From the NCBI GenBank assembly GCA_029856145.1, contig JAHQWK010000024.1:43131-107130 (forward strand): 64,000 nt of DNA, given 5' to 3'. The notes below the pieces were generated by a model. The model was not told where the DNA came from, did not search any database, and saw only the letters and a program-made list of their open reading frames with translations. Both the position numbers and the translations under genes were made by a program. The stretch is from Promethearchaeia archaeon. Lineage in GTDB: Archaea > Asgardarchaeota > Lokiarchaeia > Sigyniarchaeales > SOKP01. Positions 58,558 to 64,000 of the stretch are shown here, one piece after another (position 1 is the stretch's first letter; each line of letters opens with the position of its first letter).

Positions 58558-59127
58558 ATGAAGGAAATGCTTGAAAAGCTTTTATTAAAATTAGACGATG
58601 CGAAGAAAATTACTTTTATGGGTATAGGAGAAGAAAAATTAAGTGATGATGGAGTTGGGCCTTATATTATAAGTGAATTATTAAATTATTCAAATGACCG
58701 ATACCTATTTATTAATGCTGGAATTGATCCGATGAGTAGGATTGAAGAAGTTTTAGAATTTCAAGCATCACATCTCGTTCTCTTTGATACTTGTTCTTTA
58801 AGTAAACCTCCTGGGACTATCGCTTTAATTGAACGAGAAAATATTCAAGAATCTGTTCCAATATCATCACATACAATTCCAATCCATGTAGTTGTTGATT
58901 TATTAATTGAAAAACTGCCAGATTTAAAGGTTTTTATGATTGGAATTGTACCAGAAAGTCTTGAAGGATTTTCAGAGTTAAATTTATATAAAGAAGATGA
59001 ATTCTCACTAGAAGAACGAAGTGAGAATGAAGACCTTCCCTTTTTTGAATTTAATCTCACAGATACTATCCAAGAGGTAGCAGATCAGATTATTGAGATT
59101 ATTAAGGAAATTATGCAGAAATTATAA
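58558..59127 (+). CDS. hycI: Hydrogenase maturation protease (HycI-like)
   Basis: MGIGEEKLSDDGVG, FDT...PG and SSHTIP motifs. Confidence 0.8.
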   Translation: MKEMLEKLLLKLDDAKKITFMGIGEEKLSDDGVGPYIISELLNYSNDRYLFINAGIDPMSRIEEVLEFQASHLVLFDTCSLSKPPGTIALIERENIQESVPISSHTIPIHVVVDLLIEKLPDLKVFMIGIVPESLEGFSELNLYKEDEFSLEERSENEDLPFFEFNLTDTIQEVADQIIEIIKEIMQKL

Positions 59128-59131
59128 AATC

Positions 59132-59320
59132 TTACTCATTATCCTCTAAGATTTTCGTTATATATTCCGTGATTATTTCAATAGTTTTAGAAAAATATTC
59201 TTTTTCTTCCGGATTTAAATCTCTTTTAAAGCTTTCTAAAAATCCAATGACTTTATCCGCTTCTCTAAGTTTTCTTATGTGATTAGAACCTTTTTCATTT
59301 AATGAACCGCCCCATGCCAT
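59132..59320 (-). CDS. Small helical hypothetical protein
   Basis: MAWGGSLNEKG...; coding-like composition, convergent with the protease gene. Confidence 0.6.
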   Translation of the reverse strand: MAWGGSLNEKGSNHIRKLREADKVIGFLESFKRDLNPEEKEYFSKTIEIITEYITKILEDNE

Positions 59321-59589
59321 GAATATCAAATTTTCGAGATTAATACCTTGATTATATTAAAGAATTATTCTGTTTAAAACTAATTATTACTTCATTTATT
59401 TTTTCATTTATCGACAAAATTATTTCCCAATTTATTATTAAATGAATATTATGCATTTAAATACAAGATATGTGTATTAAGTTCAAGAGAATATATTATT
59501 GTGAATTCTATAAAATCTAGAATAAAAGTTTAAAAATAAGTTGTTCTATAATTTAAATTGGAAATTCCAGATAAGAATATGTAATTAAA

Positions 59590-60015
59590 ATGATTAAAGA
59601 ATTAATGATTATAGATCAGGCAGGAATCGCTTTATTTTATCACAATTTCAAAAATAATGATAAATTAGATGATGAACAATCCTTAGCAAGTTATTTTGAT
59701 ATAATTTGTCGATTTACAAAAAACAGTTTCAAAGAAAGTTTAAAAACATTAGTCTTAGACAGTTTTATCTTTTTCTTCTATACTCATAAATCTAATTATC
59801 ATTTAGTTCTTAAATGCGAAAATGAAAAATATAATAAAGACGTATTAGAATCTATTTCCGAAAAAATAATTAAAAAATTCTTATTAAAATATAAAAAAGA
59901 ACTTAAGGATTTTAACGGAGAAACTTCCCTTTTTATATCATTCTCTGAAGATGTTATAGAAATTTTAGCCTCAAAATTCGATGAGTTTAAGAAATTTTTA
60001 ATTATGGAACAATAG
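59590..60015 (+). CDS. Longin-like domain protein
   Basis: MIKELMIIDQAGIALFYHNF...DEQSLASYFDIICRF...F.SFSEDV longin pattern. Confidence 0.75.
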   Translation: MIKELMIIDQAGIALFYHNFKNNDKLDDEQSLASYFDIICRFTKNSFKESLKTLVLDSFIFFFYTHKSNYHLVLKCENEKYNKDVLESISEKIIKKFLLKYKKELKDFNGETSLFISFSEDVIEILASKFDEFKKFLIMEQ

Positions 60016-60288
60016 TTAACTAGTGAGAAAAGTTCAGTAATTTCGCTTTCGAAGACAAATCAATTGAGTATTAAAAATGAAATAAAAAAATTTATTGAAA
60101 AAAAAAAATCAGTTTTAATGAAACTTATAAAAAAGGCGGAATTTGTTAAAACAAATTTGAAAAAATTTCTTGATTTCTTGAAATAAAAGATAATACAGGA
60201 TGATAATAGGAAAAGGATTTATAATAAAGCATAATTTTCCACTAAACTCATGTAGAAAATGACGATTTGAGATATAAAGATATTTATT

Positions 60289-60936
60289 TCATACATCAAC
60301 TACATTATAATTTTTGTTTCTATTGTAGAAAACACTAATTGAATTGAAGAGCTCACCCATATTTTTTTGCTCTCTTTTACATAATTGTCCTTCCTTTGGT
60401 GCTTGCCAATTTATTACATATTTTCTCCAATCAGAATCATTTAAGATTTTGGAATGAATTCCAAAAAATATAAGAATTTCTTTATCATTTACATAACCAC
60501 TCTCGTTTTCGATAACAAAATGAGGGACTTCATGTAAATATGTCCTTCCAGCAATCATGTAAGAAAGTAAAGAATGATGTCCATCAAATAAAATCCATTC
60601 CGATTGCTTTGTCTTTACTAATTTAATATTTGGTAATCCACGTGGAGATAGGATATCTTTTCCAGATATTATTTGTTTAACCATTGTTCTTATCTGGTTC
60701 ATACTTTTAATGCCATTAATATTGTGGAGGTTTATAATTTCTCTCAATAAAACTAGTTTTTTAACTTCTTTGATTGTTTCTTTTATTTTTGAATCTAATT
60801 CTTTTTCAAACTGCTCTACAGTATCATAAATGGTAATGTTTTTATTTCTTAAATGAACTTTTAATGATGAAATGCGCGTTAAATTTCCATCTTTAGATTT
60901 ATACGGATATATTATTTTCACGAATCTATAATTCAT
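60289..60936 (-). CDS. Hypothetical protein with ParB/Srx-like motif
   Basis: PNIKLVK...WILFDGHHSLLSY..AG. Confidence 0.55.
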   Translation of the reverse strand: MNYRFVKIIYPYKSKDGNLTRISSLKVHLRNKNITIYDTVEQFEKELDSKIKETIKEVKKLVLLREIINLHNINGIKSMNQIRTMVKQIISGKDILSPRGLPNIKLVKTKQSEWILFDGHHSLLSYMIAGRTYLHEVPHFVIENESGYVNDKEILIFFGIHSKILNDSDWRKYVINWQAPKEGQLCKREQKNMGELFNSISVFYNRNKNYNVVDV

Positions 60937-61162
60937 CTGTATTAAAAATATTTAACCTAATTTATAAAGCTTTTATGAGGGTTTTAACCAAACATTCCAT
61001 ATTTCATCAATAATTGATAATAAGTTATTAATACAATTCAATTTTGCTGACTATACTTTAGTAAATTATTAAGAAACATACATTTACTAACATTCAAGTA
61101 GTTTAATTACTATCTATGAATTAATAAGAGAATTATTAAAAAAGAGATCGTTATATCAAATC

Positions 61163-62377
61163 ATGGTAATAGTACGAAGAGAAAGAGTTCTTTTAGAAGC
61201 AACTAAGAACGAGTTTGAAAATCAGGCAGTATTAAACCCTACAGTTGTTCAGCAAGGAGATACATTGCATTTGTTTTATCGCGCTGTAAAAGAAGGAAAT
61301 TATTCAAGTATTGGTTATTGTAAATTAGAAGGACCCTTGAATATTGTAGAAAGAAAAAAAAGTCCTATTTTGTTTCCTGAACATGATTATGAAATACATG
61401 GTACGGAAGATCCTAGAATCGTTTTTCTTGATGGTACTTATTATATGTTTTACACGGCTTATGATGGAAAAAATGCATTAGCAGCATACGCGACTAGTAA
61501 AGACCTTAAAGTGTGGGAAAAGCATGGAATAATTTCAGCTAAAATGAAATACGATGAAGCAGGGCATTTTTTTCATTTATCAAAACTAAAAGAAAAATAC
61601 CATTTCTTTATATCATATTATAAGGATGTCGTTGCTGAAGATGTACTCTTATGGGAAAAAGATTCATTCATTTTTCCAATAAAATTTAATAATAAGTTTG
61701 CACTGATTCATAGAATATTACCTGATATTCAAATTGTTTGTTTCGATGATTTTAAAGATTTGACAACCGATTTCTGGAAGGATTATCTAAAAACATTAGG
61801 TGAACATGTTGTAATGGAGCCAAAATTTGGATACGAATCAAGAAATATCGGTGCTGGAGCACCATTAATAGAAACTGAAAGAGGTTGGCTCATGTTATAT
61901 CATTCTGTAGAGGATTCTAATAAAGGTAAGGTGTATCACGCAAGTGTCGCCCTCCTTGATAAAAAAAATCCGTTTAAGGTAATAGGACGACTTAAAGAAC
62001 CTCTTTTTTCGCCAACCGAAGATTATGAAAAATTTGGAGATGTAAATAATGTTGTTTTCCCCACAGGCACCGCAATATTTGGAGATAGACTATATATTTA
62101 TTATGGTGCCGCTGATAAGAGAATAGCCGTAGCATCGGTAAATCTGTATAAACTTCTTCACGAACTCTTGGCGTCTGAAGTAGAAGTCGGGATTGGTTTT
62201 TTAGCAGGACAGATTTTTAATCTTACATTAAAAGAAGAACAAAGTTTAACTCACCTTAAGAATTTATTGCATCAAAACGAAAAAGTTTTACTAATGGCAA
62301 TTGGTTGGCTAACAAGGGAAAATAAAGTTCTGTGTAGATTTGATTCAGATGAATTATTCGTTAGATCTCTAAGGTAA
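61163..62377 (+). CDS. GH130-like (PH1107-type) beta-propeller glycosidase/phosphorylase fused to a C-terminal DUF2582-like wHTH
   Basis: VLNP, YRA, EDPRI, YTAYDG, NVVFPTG and YYGAAD motifs; tail IGFLAGQIF...MAIGWLTRENKV. Confidence 0.88.
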   Translation: MVIVRRERVLLEATKNEFENQAVLNPTVVQQGDTLHLFYRAVKEGNYSSIGYCKLEGPLNIVERKKSPILFPEHDYEIHGTEDPRIVFLDGTYYMFYTAYDGKNALAAYATSKDLKVWEKHGIISAKMKYDEAGHFFHLSKLKEKYHFFISYYKDVVAEDVLLWEKDSFIFPIKFNNKFALIHRILPDIQIVCFDDFKDLTTDFWKDYLKTLGEHVVMEPKFGYESRNIGAGAPLIETERGWLMLYHSVEDSNKGKVYHASVALLDKKNPFKVIGRLKEPLFSPTEDYEKFGDVNNVVFPTGTAIFGDRLYIYYGAADKRIAVASVNLYKLLHELLASEVEVGIGFLAGQIFNLTLKEEQSLTHLKNLLHQNEKVLLMAIGWLTRENKVLCRFDSDELFVRSLR

Positions 62378-62674
62378 CTATTAACAAAAAATTATTTCAA
62401 TTATCGAAGATCTTAAATTTTTTAATGTTTTTGTCTTTTCTTAAATTAATTTATCGAATTTCATATTATGGAACTGTTTTTCTGTATTATTAAAGATCAG
62501 ACGTTTAATGTCATTGTAATCAAAAAAACTGAACCTTATCCAGTAAAATTGGGGATAAATAACATCTAAAAATTTAAAAGTGGTAAGATTATAAGATAAT
62601 TACTTCATTTCTAATGAAAAATGTAAATCCCTTTTTTTTTGCTACATATATTCATTTTTTGATTGTGATTTAGA

Positions 62675-64000
62675 ATGGAATCTAATTGGATCCTTTATAT
62701 AGCCACATATCCTCCCAGAGAGTGTGGGATTGCTACTTTTACAAAAGATTTAATAACAGCAATGGATAAAAAATTTTCTCCTTCTCTAAAATCAAAAATC
62801 CTCGTTATGAATAATAATAACGATAATTATTATGAAAATATTGAAGAGGTTTTATTTGATATTGCTGTTAATGATATTTCAGCATATAAAAAGGCAGCGA
62901 AAAGAGTAAACGAGATAAATTCTATAAAGCTAATAAATATACAACACGAATTTGGTATTTTTGGTGGAGAATATGGAAATTATTTAATAAAATTTTTAGA
63001 AATTGTGAAAAAACCAGTCGTCATATCCTTCCATACAGTCATCCCAAATCCAGAGGAAAAATTAAAGAAAATTGTTCGCAAGTTAGCAAAAAAATCCTCT
63101 TATTTAGTTGTTATGACTAACAAGGGGATCGACATTTTAAGAAAAGATTATGATATTAAAAAAGAGATATTCTTAATACCTCATGGAACGCCAACAGTGT
63201 CATTTGATGATAGTATAAAAGAAAAAACAGCAATGGGTATTGATGATAAAATTGTATTATCGTCTTTTGGCCTTATGAACTCCGGGAAAGGTTATGAATA
63301 TGTAATTGAGTCGTTAACTGAGGTTGTTAAAAAATATCCTAATATTTTATATTTAATAATTGGCGAAACCCATCCCTTAGTAAGGAAAAAAGAAGGAGAA
63401 AAGTATAGAATTTTTCTCGAGGAAAAAGTGAAGGAGTTTAACCTTGAAAAAAATGTAAAATTCTATAATAGGTATATGACGTTAGAAGAAATAGTAAAAT
63501 TTCTACTAGCAACAGATATCTATATTTCTTCAAATCTGAATCCTAATCAGATTGTTAGTGGTACTTTAGCATACGCAATAGCCTGCGGTAGAGCGATTAT
63601 CTCTACACCCTTCATTTATGCTAAAGACATTATTACACCTGAAAGAGGTCTTTTAGTAAAGTTCAGAGATACTAATTCAATTACTAATGCTCTAATAAAA
63701 ATATTATCAAATCCCCTCTTAAGAGAAGAAATGGAAAGAAATAATTATTCATTTTCCAGGTGCATGATCTGGCCAAATGTAGCAATATCATATTATAATG
63801 TTTTCAAGCGAGTTATTCCTGATTTAGAAAAATGTGAAATGTCATATCCAGAAATCAAGTTTGATCATATCAAGAATCTTACGGATGATTTTGGAATATT
63901 ACAATTTGCAAATTATGCAAAACCAGATCAATTATCTGGATATACTCTAGATGACAATGCTCGAGCCTTGTTAGCTTGTACGCTATATTATAAGTTATTT
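62675..64000 (+). CDS. GT4-family glycosyltransferase fused to a glycosidase-like domain (3'-truncated, missing from the ORF track)
   Basis: Translated by hand: MESNWILYIATYPPRECGIATFT...IQHEFGIFGG...FGLMNSGKGYE...GETHP...SGTLAYA...LTDDFGILQFA...GYTLDDNARAL; open to the window end. Confidence 0.9.
   Translation, partial: MESNWILYIATYPPRECGIATFTKDLITAMDKKFSPSLKSKILVMNNNNDNYYENIEEVLFDIAVNDISAYKKAAKRVNEINSIKLINIQHEFGIFGGEYGNYLIKFLEIVKKPVVISFHTVIPNPEEKLKKIVRKLAKKSSYLVVMTNKGIDILRKDYDIKKEIFLIPHGTPTVSFDDSIKEKTAMGIDDKIVLSSFGLMNSGKGYEYVIESLTEVVKKYPNILYLIIGETHPLVRKKEGEKYRIFLEEKVKEFNLEKNVKFYNRYMTLEEIVKFLLATDIYISSNLNPNQIVSGTLAYAIACGRAIISTPFIYAKDIITPERGLLVKFRDTNSITNALIKILSNPLLREEMERNNYSFSRCMIWPNVAISYYNVFKRVIPDLEKCEMSYPEIKFDHIKNLTDDFGILQFANYAKPDQLSGYTLDDNARALLACTLYYKLF

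Noticed and set aside
1-64000. tRNA, rRNA, transposases, integrases, selenoprotein UGA read-through
   Set aside because: I saw no GC-rich structured RNA segments, mobile-element motifs or interrupted redox ORFs. A tRNAscan/Infernal run would be needed to exclude small RNAs.

Overview
Very AT-rich, gene-dense archaeal DNA, most likely from an Asgard archaeon of the Lokiarchaeia type. This assignment is inferred from an actin-family protein, two Rab-like small GTPases, three longin/roadblock-like domains, an Rpn11-type JAMM protein, an SDS22-type LRR protein, PCI-like winged-helix proteins, and archaeal PINA ATPase, tRNA-splicing endonuclease and Ski2-like helicase genes. About 60 CDSs are present, including housekeeping and metabolic genes (guaB, purH, folD, comDE, a CoA-transferase, a prenyl synthase, a sirtuin, a PAS histidine kinase). 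I saw no rRNA, tRNA, CRISPR array or transposase. Main highlights: (1) a self-contained regulatory system at 12.4-20 kb. A GbsR/MarR-like regulator occurs both as a fused two-domain protein and as a split, translationally coupled gene pair, and a TTTCA-N7-TGAAA palindrome is repeated at least 7 times in the divergent promoters. (2) An actin-related protein with a ~130-aa insertion of two double zinc ribbons and altered catalytic residues. (3) A JAMM isopeptidase fused to alpha-SNAP-like TPR repeats, followed by a tandem C2HC zinc-finger gene. (4) A cluster of a Rab-like GTPase, an 11-mer-repeat helical protein and a membrane-anchored coiled coil. (5) Several unannotated small ORFs and further eukaryote-like candidates (SSUH2-like, SIRT6-like, UFL1/PCI-like). 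All family calls come from motif recognition by eye, not from database searches.
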